A model generated the notes under the pieces. That model was not told the origin of the DNA, searched no databases, and was given only the letters and a program-made list of their open reading frames with translations. Positions 53,922 through 64,000 of a DNA stretch of 64,000 nt are shown one piece after another. Each line of letters begins with the position of its first letter. The first letter of the stretch is position 1. Both the position numbers and the translations under genes were made by a program. Origin of the DNA: Sphingomonadaceae bacterium (GTDB taxonomy: Bacteria; Pseudomonadota; Alphaproteobacteria; Sphingomonadales; Sphingomonadaceae); contig JAFAZF010000035.1 in the NCBI GenBank assembly GCA_019239915.1, positions 7,337 through 71,336 on the forward strand, given 5' to 3'.

Positions 53922-54359
53922 ATGCGATTTGCGGCGAGCGTAATCCCGTCGGGCAACGCCACCGCGGTCGAGGTGCCAACCGCGGTTATGGAGGCGCTTG
54001 GCGGTGAGGGGCGGCCGCCGGTCGCGATCACCATCAATGGCCATAGCTGGCGCAGTCGGGTGGCGAAGATGCGTGGGCTCTGCCTGATCGGGATCAGCGC
54101 CGCCCAGCGCGTTGCGGCGGGGATCGCGGAAGGCGACATGGTCGAGATCGATGTCACGCGCGATGACGCGCCGCGAGAAGTCAGCGCTCCCGCCGATCTG
54201 GCGGAAGCGCTTAACTGCTTCGCCGACGCCAGAGCCGCCTACGATCGCCTGCCGTTCGGCCTCAAGCGGAAGCGCGTCGCGATGATCGAAGATGCGAAAA
54301 CTCCGGAAGTGCGACGGCGCCGCGTCGAGAAGCTCGTCGCGGATCTGCGCAGCGGATGA
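53922..54359 (+). CDS. DUF1905/YdeI-like domain protein
   Basis: 145 aa. N-terminal beta-barrel-like AVEVPTAVMEALGGEGRPPVAITINGHSWRSRVA, C-terminal helical ...FDRLPFGLKRKRVAMIEDAKTPEVRRRRVEKLV. Confidence 0.6.
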   Translation: MRFAASVIPSGNATAVEVPTAVMEALGGEGRPPVAITINGHSWRSRVAKMRGLCLIGISAAQRVAAGIAEGDMVEIDVTRDDAPREVSAPADLAEALNCFADARAAYDRLPFGLKRKRVAMIEDAKTPEVRRRRVEKLVADLRSG

Positions 54360-54642
54360 CTGCGCGACCGCCGGCTCGTAATCATTCCGGCGCATTGCAG
54401 CGCGGCGCCGCACCAAGCCTACGCAACAATGCATCCAACCGGGCGTCGCCGGACCATGCGACTGGAGGACGACGACACGGGTCACGCTTCTCCTACGCGC
54501 GAGCCTATCAGCCGCCTAGTCGCGCGGCCGGCCGGCGGCAAAGAACGCACTTCGTCTTCCGCCATCTTTCGTAAACCCTCTTCCATCACTATATGGCTGC
54601 ACGTTTCAGACACGCACAGGAGATTGCGCTATACGTCCGCCC

Positions 54643-55182
54643 ATGATGCGCCGCCCGCTTGCGGCGCCGCCGATGCCGCTCAACGGCCCTCGCTTCAACG
54701 AGTTCATCACCGTGCCGAAGGTGCGCGTGATCGATCAGGATGGCGAGAATCTGGGGGTGATGTACACGCGCGAGGCGATGGAGCAGGCGCAGGACGTGGG
54801 GCTCGATCTGGTCGAGGTCTCGCCGAACGCCGATCCGCCGGTCTGCAAGTTCCTCGATGTCGGCAAGTTCAAATACGAGGCGCAGAAGAAGGCGAACATC
54901 GCCCGCAAGAGCCAGAAGACGCAGGAGATCAAGGAGATCAAGATGCGTCCGAACATCGACGATCATGATTATGACGTGAAGATGAAGAAGATCTTCGAGT
55001 TCATCGAAGAGGGCGACAAGGTGAAGTGCACGCTGCGGTTCCGCGGCCGTGAACTCGCCCATGGCCAGCTCGGCATGCAGGTGCTCCAGCGCGTCCAGGC
55101 GGATACGCAGGAGATCGCCAAGGTCGAGCAGTTCCCGCGCATGGAAGGCCGCCAGATGCTGATGGTGCTCGCGCCGAAATAA
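54643..55182 (+). CDS. infC: translation initiation factor IF-3
   Basis: 179 aa. [22 protein letters not shown]...[26 protein letters not shown]...[17 protein letters not shown]...RFRGRE. The true start codon is uncertain, as infC often uses unusual starts. Confidence 0.9.
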   Translation: MMRRPLAAPPMPLNGPRFNEFITVPKVRVIDQDGENLGVMYTREAMEQAQDVGLDLVEVSPNADPPVCKFLDVGKFKYEAQKKANIARKSQKTQEIKEIKMRPNIDDHDYDVKMKKIFEFIEEGDKVKCTLRFRGRELAHGQLGMQVLQRVQADTQEIAKVEQFPRMEGRQMLMVLAPK

Positions 55183-55285
55183 GGCGCAGGTCCATGCTTC
55201 CTCGCGCCCGTCCGGTCCGAGTGAACGATCGAGCGGACAGCCGGCCGGTTCCCGGAAGCTGGAACCAAATGGTGCTGGCCTCGAG

Positions 55286-55717
55286 TCAGTCGCCTGACCG
55301 GCACAGCGGCAGCACATGCTCCGCCGTCAACGGCGCGAGGATGATCTTGCCCGGTGCGTTCGCATCGATCCAGATCGTCTCCTCGATCTCGGCTGCGGGC
55401 AGCGGTGGCGTATCGGTATCGACGCGGAAAACCTCTGCGATCACCTGCCAGCCCGGCTCGTTCGCCGCCGGCGCGGCGAAGCGTCCGAGGTGACATAAGG
55501 CGTCCGCCGCGATGGCGATGCCGAGCTCCTCGGCGATCTCGCGGATCAGCGCGGCCCGCGGCGTCTCGCCAGCTTCGATCTTGCCGCCGGGCTGCATGAA
55601 CGCGCGTGTCCCGCGCTTGCGGACCAGCAGCGTCCGCCCGTCCGAGCGACAGAGTAGCGCGGCGGCGATGCGGATGACCCTCTCGGATCGTCCACACTCG
55701 CCCACGCCGAGGCTCAA
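55286..55717 (-). CDS. NUDIX hydrolase
   Basis: 143 aa. Nudix box GGKIEAGETPRAALIREIAEELG. Start overlaps the glnD stop. Confidence 0.8.
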   Translation of the reverse strand: MSLGVGECGRSERVIRIAAALLCRSDGRTLLVRKRGTRAFMQPGGKIEAGETPRAALIREIAEELGIAIAADALCHLGRFAAPAANEPGWQVIAEVFRVDTDTPPLPAAEIEETIWIDANAPGKIILAPLTAEHVLPLCRSGD

Positions 55718-58506
55718 GCCGCGGCCGCCGCGACCGGGCGATGCGGCGCGACCGGCTTTTCTTCCGGTTCGGCGCCCGCCGCCTCGAGCAGGCGCCGCTC
55801 GAGCGCCTTCAGCCGCGCCGCGCCGGCGAGCTTGTCGCCGGTAAGATCGGTCAGGTAGAAGGTGTCGACCGCGCGCTCGCCATAGGTGGCGATGTGCGCC
55901 GAATGGATCATCACCTTCGATTGGAAGAGCGCGTAAGCGAGCGCGTTGAGCAGCGCCGGGCGATCGCGCGCGCTGATTTCGACCACGGTGAAGCGGTTCG
56001 AGGCATTGTTGTCGATCAGCACCTCCGGCTCGATCGAAAAGGCTTCCGCGCGGCGGCGGGGCAGCGGCCGCGCCGCGAGCTTGTCGGTGAGCTTGTGCCG
56101 GTTGGCAAGCGCGTCCCCGATCGCGCGCTCGAGCCTGACAAGCTGATCGGGATCGTCGAACGGCCGGCCGAGCGGGTCCTGCACGAGCAGATTGTCGATC
56201 GCCATGCCGTCGCGCGTCGTGTGGATGCGCGCGTCGATGATGTTGCCGCCGGCGAGATGGATGCCGCCGGCGAGCCGATAGAAGAGGCCGGGATGGTCGG
56301 CGGCATAGACGGTGACGAGCGTCGCCTCGCGGGCTTCGTCGACCTTGGCCGAGATCGAAAGCGAGCCCGCATCCGCGTCCGCGCTCTGGATAAGCCGGGC
56401 ATTGGCTTCGAGAATATCGGTGCCTTCCGCGACCAGATAGGAGTCCGGCAGGCGCTGCCGGAAACGGGCGAAACGCTCATCGTTCCAGCCGAGCGCGGCC
56501 TGAAGATGCGCGAGCTTGCTGTCGATCCGCTCGGCGCGTCCGCGCTGCTTGTGGCCGAGCCGAAGCACCTCCTCCGCCGATTCGTAGAGCTGTGCGAGCA
56601 GCTGCCGCTTCCAGCCGTTCCAGATGCCCGGCCCGACCGCGCGGATGTCGACGATCGTGAGCAGCAGCAGCAGCCGCAGTCGCTCCGGGCTCTGCACCGT
56701 CTCGACGAAATCGAGCACCGTCTTGAAGTCGGAAAGATCGCGCTTCTGCGCAGTGTCCGACATCAGCAGATGGTGTCGCACCAGCCAGGCGACGGTCTGC
56801 GTCTCCGCGGCGGTGAGGCCCAGTCTCGGGCAAAGCTTCTCGGCGATCTCGCCGCCGATCTCGCTATGGTCGCCGCCGCGGCCCTTGGCGATGTCGTGGA
56901 GCAGGACCGCCACGTAGAGCGCGCGCCGCGAGACGAGCTTCGCGATCAGCTTGGTGCCGAGCGGGTGGTCCTCCGCCAGCTCGCCCTTCCCGATCCGCGC
57001 GAGCAACCCGATCGCGCGGATCGTATGCTCGTCGACGGTATAGTGGTGATACATGTCGAACTGCATCCGCGCGACGACGCGGCCGAAATCCGGCATGAAG
57101 CGGCCGAACACATCCGCCTCGTTCATCCAGCGCAGCACCTTCGCCGGATCGCGCGGCGAGGTCAGCACCGCGAGGAAGAAGGTGTTGGCGCGCGGATCGG
57201 TGCGCACCTTCTGGTCGATCAGCTTCGAGTCGCGGCTCGCCTGACGCATCGCGAGCGGATGGATCTCCGCCTCCTGCTTGTCGGCGAGCGCGAACATCTC
57301 GAGGAGCCGCACCGGATCCTCGCGAAAGAAGTCGTCGCTCGGCACCGCGATACGGCCGCGTTCGAGGAGGAAGCCGCTGAGGTTGCGCGGTCGCCGGCGC
57401 GTCAACGACGACAGCGGCCGCCGACGCCGCGCGAACTCCTCGTCGAGATGGGCGAGGAACAGACCGGTCAAGTCGCCGACCACCTTCGCCATCAGGAAGT
57501 AATGCTGCATGAAGCGCTCGACCGCCGAGCGGCCGGGGCGCGCGGTATAGCCCATGCGCTGCGCGATCTCGGGCTGGAAGTCGAACGTCAGCCGCTCCTC
57601 GGCGCGGCCGGCGATCAGATGCAGGTGGCAGCGTACCGACCAGAGGAAATTCTCGGCGCGCTGGAACTGGCGCAGCTCGGCGCGGGTAAGCAGCCCCGCC
57701 TCGACGAGATCGCCGACATAACGCACCTGGTGGATATATTTGCCGATCCAGAACAGCGTGTGGAGATCGCGCAGCCCGCCCTTGCCTTCCTTGAGATTGG
57801 GCTCGACGACGTAGCGGCTGTCGCCCATCCGCTCGTGACGCGCATTGCGCTCGGCCAGCTTCTCGGTGACGAAGGTGCGCGCGGTGCCGGAGACGACCTC
57901 GCGCTGGAAGCGCCGCGTCGCCTCGTCGTAGAGCTTCTCGTCGCCCCACACGTAGCGGCCTTCGAGCAATGCGGTGCGGATGGTGAGATCGGTCTTCGCC
58001 ATGCGGACCATCTCGTCGAGCGAGCGGCTCGAATGGCCGACCTTCAGGCCAAGATCCCACAGCGTGTAGAGAATCGATTCGATCACCTGCTCGCACCAGC
58101 TGGTGCGCCGGTGCGGGGTGAGGAACGCGATATCGACGTCCGAATAAGGCGCCATCTCGGCGCGGCCGTAGCCGCCGACCGCGGTCATCACGAGCCGCTG
58201 GCCGGCAGTGGGATTGTTGAGCGGGTAGAGCCGATCGACCGTGAAATCGTAGACCACGCGCAGGATCTGGTCGGTCAGGAAGGAATAGGAGGCCGCGGTT
58301 TCCGATCCCCGCGCGGGATGGTCGGCAAGGCGGCGCCCGATCTCGGCGCGCCCGGCATCGATCGCCGCGCGCAGGATCGGCACCGCCTGCGCGCGCAGGC
58401 CGGCGGGATCGCCGTCCAACGCGGCCAGCTTGTCGGCGATGCGGCGGCGGTCGACGATCGCGCGGCGATTGCCGATGGGTTCGTAGCGCGTGGCCATCGC
58501 CGCCAC
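55714..58506 (-). CDS. glnD: [protein-PII] uridylyltransferase/uridylyl-removing enzyme
   Basis: 930 aa. Nucleotidyltransferase region (AVGGYGRAEMAPYSDVDIAFL), HD domain (LLHDIAKGRGGDHSE), two C-terminal ACT domains. Confidence 0.95.
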   Translation of the reverse strand: MAAMATRYEPIGNRRAIVDRRRIADKLAALDGDPAGLRAQAVPILRAAIDAGRAEIGRRLADHPARGSETAASYSFLTDQILRVVYDFTVDRLYPLNNPTAGQRLVMTAVGGYGRAEMAPYSDVDIAFLTPHRRTSWCEQVIESILYTLWDLGLKVGHSSRSLDEMVRMAKTDLTIRTALLEGRYVWGDEKLYDEATRRFQREVVSGTARTFVTEKLAERNARHERMGDSRYVVEPNLKEGKGGLRDLHTLFWIGKYIHQVRYVGDLVEAGLLTRAELRQFQRAENFLWSVRCHLHLIAGRAEERLTFDFQPEIAQRMGYTARPGRSAVERFMQHYFLMAKVVGDLTGLFLAHLDEEFARRRRPLSSLTRRRPRNLSGFLLERGRIAVPSDDFFREDPVRLLEMFALADKQEAEIHPLAMRQASRDSKLIDQKVRTDPRANTFFLAVLTSPRDPAKVLRWMNEADVFGRFMPDFGRVVARMQFDMYHHYTVDEHTIRAIGLLARIGKGELAEDHPLGTKLIAKLVSRRALYVAVLLHDIAKGRGGDHSEIGGEIAEKLCPRLGLTAAETQTVAWLVRHHLLMSDTAQKRDLSDFKTVLDFVETVQSPERLRLLLLLTIVDIRAVGPGIWNGWKRQLLAQLYESAEEVLRLGHKQRGRAERIDSKLAHLQAALGWNDERFARFRQRLPDSYLVAEGTDILEANARLIQSADADAGSLSISAKVDEAREATLVTVYAADHPGLFYRLAGGIHLAGGNIIDARIHTTRDGMAIDNLLVQDPLGRPFDDPDQLVRLERAIGDALANRHKLTDKLAARPLPRRRAEAFSIEPEVLIDNNASNRFTVVEISARDRPALLNALAYALFQSKVMIHSAHIATYGERAVDTFYLTDLTGDKLAGAARLKALERRLLEAAGAEPEEKPVAPHRPVAAAAA

Positions 58507-58552
58507 ATAAGGATTGCGCGGCGGGATAGCGAGGGTTGAGCGGCGCGTGCGA

Positions 58553-59377
58553 TCAGTCGCGCAGCAACTCGTTGATGCCGGTCTTGGCGCGGGTCTGCGC
58601 GTCGACCGTCTTGACGATCACCGCGCAGTAGAGGCTCGGGCCGCCTCTCGGATCGGGCAGCGCCCCCGGCACGACGACGGCGAAGGGCGGCACCTCGCCG
58701 CGCGTCACCGTGCCGGTCGCGCGGTCGACGATCTTGGTCGAGGCGCCGAGATAAACGCCCATCGAGAGCACCGCACCTTCGCGCACGATCACCCCCTCCG
58801 CGACTTCCGCGCGCGCGCCGATGAACGCGCCATCCTCGATGATCACCGGGTTGGCCTGGAGCGGCTCGAGCACGCCGCCGATCCCGGCGCCTCCGGAGAG
58901 ATGGACGTTGCGGCCGATCTGCGCACAGCTGCCGACCGTCGCCCAGGTGTCGACCATCGTGCCCTCGCCGACATGGGCGCCGATATTGACGAAGCTCGGC
59001 ATCAGCACCGCGCCCTTCGCGACATACGCACCGCGCCGGACGATCGCCCCCGGTACGGCGCGAAAGCCAGCGGCGCGGAACTCATGCTCGTTCCAGCCGG
59101 CGAATTTGGACGGCACCTTGTCGAAACCCGGTGCTCCGGCCGATCCGCCTTCGATCAGCCGATTGTCGTTCAGCCGGAACGACAGCAGCACCGCCTTCTT
59201 GAGCCATTGGTTGACGCGCCAGCCGCCCTTGCCGTCGGGCTCGGCGACGCGCGCCCTGCCGCTGTCGAGCAGCGCCAGCGCCTCCTCGACGGCGTCGCGC
59301 TCCGCACCCTTGGTCGCGAAACCAAGACCATCACGGGCGTCCCACGCCGCTTCGATCGTCTGCTCGAGGTCCGCCAT
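58553..59377 (-). CDS. dapD: 2,3,4,5-tetrahydropyridine-2,6-dicarboxylate N-succinyltransferase
   Basis: Trimmed to ATG 59377 ([16 protein letters not shown]...). Hexapeptide repeats ([44 protein letters not shown]). 274 aa. Confidence 0.9.
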   Translation of the reverse strand: MADLEQTIEAAWDARDGLGFATKGAERDAVEEALALLDSGRARVAEPDGKGGWRVNQWLKKAVLLSFRLNDNRLIEGGSAGAPGFDKVPSKFAGWNEHEFRAAGFRAVPGAIVRRGAYVAKGAVLMPSFVNIGAHVGEGTMVDTWATVGSCAQIGRNVHLSGGAGIGGVLEPLQANPVIIEDGAFIGARAEVAEGVIVREGAVLSMGVYLGASTKIVDRATGTVTRGEVPPFAVVVPGALPDPRGGPSLYCAVIVKTVDAQTRAKTGINELLRD

Positions 59378-60045
59378 CAAATCTCCCCCAATATGCCGTG
59401 CAGCCAGCCGGCGGGATCGCCGACGGCAAAGTCTATGAAGTCGGGCGCCGCCACCGCCGGGCCCTGCTCGGAGCCATTGTCGATCCACACCGTCGTCATG
59501 CCGAGCGCCTTGGCCGGCGCGAGGTTGCGCGCCATATCGTCCATGAACAGCGCGGTCTCCGGCGCGACGCGCTGGCGTTCGCACATCGATCGATAGGCGG
59601 CCGGATCCGGCTTGGGCACGAAACCGCAGGCTTCGATATCATGGATCGCCTCGAAGCTCTCTGAGAGGCCGAGCTTCGCCAGCACCTTGCGCGCATAGCG
59701 CTCGTCGCCGTTGGTGAACACCAGCTTGCGACCGGGCAGCGCCGCGATCGCATCGACCAGGCGGCGATCCTCGGCGAGCACTTCCATGTCGATATCGTGG
59801 ACGAAGCCGTAGAAATCCTGCGGGCTCACCTCGTGCTCGCGCATCAGGCCGGAAAGCGTCGTGCCATGGGTATGGAAGAAGTGCTTCTGGATGCGCACCG
59901 CCTCCCCGTGCGGCACGTCGAGCAGGCGACGGATGTAGGCGCTCATCCGCGCGTCGATCTGGGCGAACAGATTGGCCGACGCCGGATAGAGCGTGTTGTC
60001 GAGATCGAAGATCCAGGTTTCGATATGGGCAAGCGCCGGCGTCAT
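59377..60045 (-). CDS. HAD-family pyrimidine 5'-nucleotidase-like hydrolase
   Basis: Trimmed to ATG 60045. HAD motif [11 protein letters not shown], later VFTNG and FMDDMARNL. Its stop overlaps the dapD start (TGATG). Confidence 0.75.
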   Translation of the reverse strand: MTPALAHIETWIFDLDNTLYPASANLFAQIDARMSAYIRRLLDVPHGEAVRIQKHFFHTHGTTLSGLMREHEVSPQDFYGFVHDIDMEVLAEDRRLVDAIAALPGRKLVFTNGDERYARKVLAKLGLSESFEAIHDIEACGFVPKPDPAAYRSMCERQRVAPETALFMDDMARNLAPAKALGMTTVWIDNGSEQGPAVAAPDFIDFAVGDPAGWLHGILGEI

Positions 60046-60176
60046 CGCGGAGCGCGGCCTAGCGGCGGCGCCGTCCCGCGGCAATCGGTGCCGTCTCACG
60101 GGGATCACTGAAATTTCATGATTTCCGCCAATTCAGGTGCATGCGATGCTGGCACGGCGGCCAAGGGGAGAGTCGC

Positions 60177-62450
60177 ATGACGCGTTTGGGGAATGGGACG
60201 CTCGTTGCTGGCGGAATGGCTGCGGCGCTGCTCGTCGCGGGCTGTGGCGGCGGCGGAGGTGGGGGCGGAGTCAATTCGACGCCGGCGCCGCCCTCCAGCA
60301 CCACCACGACACCTACGGTCCCGACGACACCGACCCCGCCGGTGACGACAGTGCCATCGCCGCCGACGAGCACCGCCGACCCAGAATATTCGCGCTCCAA
60401 CGGCGCCGCGCAGGCGAACGCGATCGCCGCCTATACGCAAGGCGACGCCGGCCAGGGCATCACCGCGGCGATCATCGACACCGGCATCAACGCGTCCGAT
60501 CCGGAATTCTCGGGCCGGATCAGCGCCGCCTCGGCCGACGTCGCGGGATCGCGCGGCATCAGCGACGCCGATGGTCACGGCACCTCGGTCGCCGCCGTGC
60601 TCGGCGCCGCCCGCAACGGCAGCGGCATCGAGGGGATCGCCTACGGGGCGACGCTGGCGATGTTCCGGGCGGACACGCCGGGCAGCTGCACGGCCGGCAA
60701 TTTCGACAGTTGCGGGTTCAGCGACAGCACCATCGCGCGCGGCGTCAACGATGCCGTTGCAGCGGGTGCGAAGGTCATCAACATGTCGCTCGGCGGATCG
60801 CCCGCCAGCGCCCCGCTCCAGAGCGCCATCGAGCAGGCGGCGGCGCACGGCATCATCACCGTCATCTCGGCGGGCAATGACGGCGGCGCCCAGCCCGACC
60901 AACTCGCGCAGATCGCCTCCGATCCGAACGTGCACGGGCTCGTCATCATCGCCGGTGCGCTGGATGCCAGCAACAACATCGCCAGCTTCAGCGATCAGGC
61001 GGGAAGCTACGGCGCCTATTATCTCGGCGCGCTCGGCGTGAACGTCCGCTCCTTCGATCAGACCGGGCAATATTTCCTCTTCAGCGGCACCTCCTATTCG
61101 GCGCCGCTGATCGCCGGCGCGGTCACGCTGCTCGAGGAGGCGTTCCCCAATCTCACGCCGGCGCAGATCGTCCACCTGCTCTACACGACCGCCGACGATC
61201 TCGGCGCGGCGGGCGTCGACACGACGTTCGGCAACGGCGCGCTCGATCTTACCCGCGCGTTCCAGCCGCAGGGCAGCACCGCGCTCGCCGGCAGCGCGAC
61301 GCCGATCTCGCTTGCATCCAACGCGAGCCTGTCGGCGCCGATGGGCGATGCCGGGCAGGGCACGCTCGCCGCCGTGGTGCTGGATGGCTATCATCGCGCC
61401 TACGGCGTCAATCTTGCCGGCACGGTGCACCATGCCAGCCCCGATCTCAAGCTCGAGCCGGCGCTGCAGGGCGGCGGCTGGAGCCGCGAGCAGGCGTTCG
61501 GGAGCGGTATCGCTTCGCTCAGCCTCGTCGGCTCGGCCGATCCCGCGATGACCCGCCGCGCGGTCGCCGGCATGGCGGCGAGCCCGCTCGGCAAATCGAG
61601 CGTCGTCGCGCTCGGCTTCGGGGAGAGCGGCGCCGCCTTGTCGGCACGTCTTTCCGGGGAGGATGCGCCCGCCTTTCTCGCCGCCGCCGATCCGGTCGCG
61701 GATCTCGGCTTCGAGCGCAGCGCCGGCCAAGCCGTTGCGCTGCGGCGTCTCGTCGGGCGCTGGGGCATAAGGTTCAGTGCCGAGCACGGCTACGCGCTCG
61801 CCGCGAACACCGATCCGAACGCACGGTTGGGCGGGCGCTGGGATCGGCACGGCTACGACGCCCTTTCAATCGGCGCCGACCGCATCGTCGGACCGCTCCA
61901 TCTCTCGCTCGGCGCGTCCGAACTGGTCGAGGCGCACAGCGTGCTCGGCGCCGAATTCGGCGGCGCGTTGGGCGGACAGGGGGCGACGAGCTGGTTCCTC
62001 GATGCCGGCGCCGATCTCACGCCCGGAGGAGGCTGGCGGCTCGCCGTGCGTGCGAGACAGGGGCTGACCCGCGTCGCGCCGGGCGGTGCGATGGCGGGCG
62101 CCGCGACGCTGCGCAGTGCCGCGATGTCGTTCGACGTATCGCGCGACGGCGCCTTCGTCCGCGGCGATCGGCTGGCGATCCGCGTCGCGCAGCCATTGCG
62201 CGTTACCGGCGGCGGTCTCGATCTGAGCCTGCCGGTGTCCTATGATTATGCGAGCGGCGCCGTCGGCTATGCGGTCGAGCGGCTCGGTCTTGCCCCCAGC
62301 GGCCACGAGCTCGATGCCGAGGCGAGCTACGGGATCGGCGTCGGCGGCGGCTGGTTCGGTGCCAACCTCTATTGGCGGCGCGATCCCGGCAACATCGCCG
62401 CACTGCCAGACGACGTCGGGACGGCGCTAAGGTATCGGCTCGACTTCTAG
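60177..62450 (+). CDS. S8 (subtilisin-like) serine protease autotransporter lipoprotein
   Basis: Trimmed to ATG 60177, preceded by aaggggag. Lipobox LLVAGC, Gly8 and Thr/Pro-rich linker. Triad AIIDTGI / DGHGTSVA / SGTSYSAP. A ~280-aa C-terminal beta-barrel-like domain ends in ...ALRYRLDF. Confidence 0.85.
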   Translation: MTRLGNGTLVAGGMAAALLVAGCGGGGGGGGVNSTPAPPSSTTTTPTVPTTPTPPVTTVPSPPTSTADPEYSRSNGAAQANAIAAYTQGDAGQGITAAIIDTGINASDPEFSGRISAASADVAGSRGISDADGHGTSVAAVLGAARNGSGIEGIAYGATLAMFRADTPGSCTAGNFDSCGFSDSTIARGVNDAVAAGAKVINMSLGGSPASAPLQSAIEQAAAHGIITVISAGNDGGAQPDQLAQIASDPNVHGLVIIAGALDASNNIASFSDQAGSYGAYYLGALGVNVRSFDQTGQYFLFSGTSYSAPLIAGAVTLLEEAFPNLTPAQIVHLLYTTADDLGAAGVDTTFGNGALDLTRAFQPQGSTALAGSATPISLASNASLSAPMGDAGQGTLAAVVLDGYHRAYGVNLAGTVHHASPDLKLEPALQGGGWSREQAFGSGIASLSLVGSADPAMTRRAVAGMAASPLGKSSVVALGFGESGAALSARLSGEDAPAFLAAADPVADLGFERSAGQAVALRRLVGRWGIRFSAEHGYALAANTDPNARLGGRWDRHGYDALSIGADRIVGPLHLSLGASELVEAHSVLGAEFGGALGGQGATSWFLDAGADLTPGGGWRLAVRARQGLTRVAPGGAMAGAATLRSAAMSFDVSRDGAFVRGDRLAIRVAQPLRVTGGGLDLSLPVSYDYASGAVGYAVERLGLAPSGHELDAEASYGIGVGGGWFGANLYWRRDPGNIAALPDDVGTALRYRLDF

Positions 62451-62545
62451 GAAGCGGCGTTCAGCGCGACTTCACGCGCCGAGGTGCAGCCTTAACCGAT
62501 CGGCGCTATAGCCGCCGCCGCGCACGTCGCTTCATGGGAGTTTTC

Positions 62546-63883
62546 ATGCCGCGCAATTATTTCGGCACCGATGGCATTCGCGGCCGCACCAACCAGAGCC
62601 CGATGACCGCGGAGATCGCGATGAAGGTCGGCCAGGCCGCCGGTGCGCATTTCCTGCGCGGCAAGCATCGCCACCGCGTCGTGATCGGCAAGGACACGCG
62701 GCTCTCCGGCTATATGATGGAGAGCGCGCTCACCGCCGGCTTCACCTCCGTCGGCATGGACGTGACGCTGGTCGGGCCGATGCCGACGCCGGCGGTCGCG
62801 ATGCTCACCCGCTCGATGCGCGCCGATCTTGGCGTGATGATCTCGGCGAGCCACAATCCGTTCGCGGACAACGGTATCAAGCTGTTCGGGCCCGACGGCT
62901 ACAAGCTCTCCGACGAGTCCGAGGCGGCGATCGAAGCCGCGATCGAGCGCGCGCCTGCGCTCGCCGAATCCGCCGAGATCGGCCGCGCCCGCCGCGTCGA
63001 CGATGCCCAGGGCCGCTATATCCACTTCGCCAAATCCACCTTTCCCGAGGATTTGCGGCTCGACGGAATGCGCATCGTGCTCGATTGCGCCAATGGCGCC
63101 GCCTACCGCGTCGCCCCCTCGGCGCTGTGGGAACTCGGTGCGGAGCTGATCGCGCTCGGAGTCGCGCCCGACGGCACCAACATCAACGAGAAATGCGGCT
63201 CCACCGATCCCGGCGCGATGCAGGCCAAGGTGCTCGAGACGCGCGCCGACATCGGCCTGGCGCTCGACGGCGATGCCGACCGGCTGATCGTCGTCGACGA
63301 GCGCGGCCAGATCGTCGACGGCGATCAGCTGATGGCCCTGATCGGCGTGGCACAGGCGCGGCGCGGGCTGCTCCGCGGCGGCGGCGTCGTCGCGACGGTG
63401 ATGTCCAATCTCGGGCTCGAACGGAAGCTGGCGGCGGAAGGGCTCGGCATGATCCGCACCGCGGTCGGCGATCGCAACGTGCTGGAGGCGATGCGATCGG
63501 GCGGCTACAACGTCGGCGGCGAGCAATCCGGCCACATCATCCTTTCCGATCATGCGACGACCGGCGACGGACTGGTCGCCGGGCTGCAGGTGCTCGCCGA
63601 ACTCGTCGAAAGCGGCAAGCGCGCGAGCCAGCTGCTCCACCAGTTCGATCCGCTGCCGCAGCTTCTCCAGAACGTCCGCTTCACCGGCGGCGCGCCGCTC
63701 GAGGTCGACAAGGTCAAGCGGGCCATCGCCGATGCGGAAGCGCGGTTGGCCGGCAGCGGCCGCCTCGTGATCCGCAAGTCCGGCACCGAGCCGCTGATCC
63801 GCGTGATGGCCGAGGGTGAGGACGAGAAGCTGGTCCGCGAAGTCGTCGACGAGATCTGCGAGGCGGTCCGCAAGGCGGCGTGA
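62546..63883 (+). CDS. glmM: phosphoglucosamine mutase
   Basis: Trimmed to ATG 62546 ([16 protein letters not shown]). Active-site [17 protein letters not shown], metal loop [10 protein letters not shown]. 445 aa. Confidence 0.95.
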   Translation: MPRNYFGTDGIRGRTNQSPMTAEIAMKVGQAAGAHFLRGKHRHRVVIGKDTRLSGYMMESALTAGFTSVGMDVTLVGPMPTPAVAMLTRSMRADLGVMISASHNPFADNGIKLFGPDGYKLSDESEAAIEAAIERAPALAESAEIGRARRVDDAQGRYIHFAKSTFPEDLRLDGMRIVLDCANGAAYRVAPSALWELGAELIALGVAPDGTNINEKCGSTDPGAMQAKVLETRADIGLALDGDADRLIVVDERGQIVDGDQLMALIGVAQARRGLLRGGGVVATVMSNLGLERKLAAEGLGMIRTAVGDRNVLEAMRSGGYNVGGEQSGHIILSDHATTGDGLVAGLQVLAELVESGKRASQLLHQFDPLPQLLQNVRFTGGAPLEVDKVKRAIADAEARLAGSGRLVIRKSGTEPLIRVMAEGEDEKLVREVVDEICEAVRKAA

Positions 63884-63894
63884 GCTGCTTATCC

Positions 63895-63990
63895 CAACCG
63901 GTCAGGGCCGGGCCTGTCGAGACGTGTCGTTTCTTGCTCCGCCGCGAAAAAGAACAGCCCTTCGGCAGGAAAAAAAGGGCGAACGGTTCA
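63895..63990. repeat. REP-like intergenic element, same family as 51668-51799
   Basis: GCCCTTCGGCAGG-A7-GGGCGAACGG (63957-63986). Its reverse complement CCGTTCGCCC...GCCGAAGGGC shares the CCGTTCG-YCC...GCCGA(A)GGG core with the 51668 element. A partner half-site GGGCCTGTCGAGACG lies upstream. Confidence 0.4.
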
Positions 63991-64000
63991 ATAGAGGCAG

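Noticed and set aside
55741-58539. 932-aa + strand ORF, the longest non-annotated ORF in the track
   Set aside because: It is exactly antisense to glnD, which has clear NTase/HD/ACT motifs. Its composition is Arg/Ala/Gly/Asp-rich, as expected for shadow frames in high-GC DNA, and it has no recognisable motif.
58514-59596. 360-aa + strand ORF
   Set aside because: Antisense to dapD (hexapeptide repeats on the minus strand).
60232-60262. Gly8 tract as a possible phase-variable repeat
   Set aside because: It is encoded by mixed Gly codons (ggc gga ggt ggg), not a homopolymer or perfect short tandem repeat.
60105-61850. 581-aa minus-strand ORF
   Set aside because: Antisense to the S8 protease autotransporter, which has a complete catalytic triad. 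Arg/Gly/Ala-rich shadow ORF.
1-64000. CRISPR arrays, rRNA genes, tRNA genes
   Set aside because: No regularly spaced direct repeats and no rRNA-like or cloverleaf-compatible sequences were seen on either strand.

Overview
This is a 64-kb high-GC chromosomal window, roughly two-thirds G+C by eye. The gene content looks alphaproteobacterial: glnD, dapD, glmM, thrS, infC, glyoxalase genes, HWE histidine kinases and REP-like palindromes. A Sphingomonadaceae-like origin is an inference, not a database result. No rRNA, tRNA or CRISPR array was found. (i) 1-11.6 kb: an edge-truncated YncE-like propeller gene that is missing from the ORF track, an OmpR/HK pair, a PepSY protein, and a NodT-MFP-RND efflux operon. 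These are followed by a frameshifted secreted Pcm-like methyltransferase whose start overlaps the pump stop, an MlaA lipoprotein, and a long Pcm paralog. (ii) 11.6-25.2 kb: a visibly lower-GC cell-envelope glycan island. It begins at an IS5-family transposase remnant, and a diverged ~450-bp direct repeat brackets its first 5.5 kb. It encodes a ferritin-like diiron protein-GtrA-GT4 trio, a 570-aa orphan polytopic membrane protein, DUF2141, a TagF-like polyol-phosphate transferase, two more GT4 enzymes, a Wzx-type flippase and an AsnB-like amidotransferase. (iii) 25.2-28.6 kb: decayed coding DNA, then a frameshifted ECF sigma factor and FecR with no receptor gene. (iv) 28.6-35.5 kb: a degenerate integrative mobilizable element. 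It has a P4-type integrase, two inverted AlpA genes, a Ti-type TraA relaxase, TraC/TraD and a recognisable MOBQ/Ti-type oriT, but no T4SS and almost no cargo. (v) 36.0-43.6 kb: the most interesting system in the window, a chemotaxis-independent CheB/CheR methylation module fused to PAS-HWE kinase signalling. A heptad EE-repeat in the fusion protein matches the chemoreceptor methylation-site consensus. An extra CheB-like gene, two REC proteins, a sensor-less HWE kinase and a Crp/Fnr regulator sit beside it. (vi) 43.8-64 kb: housekeeping genes, namely acyl-CoA ligase, gloA-NMO-gloB, peptidases, thrS, infC, glnD, dapD and glmM, plus a lipoprotein subtilase autotransporter. Single-base frameshifts occur only in accessory or mobile genes and none occur in the large core genes. 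This points to real gene decay rather than assembly error. All product calls rest on motifs I recognise from memory and no searches were run.
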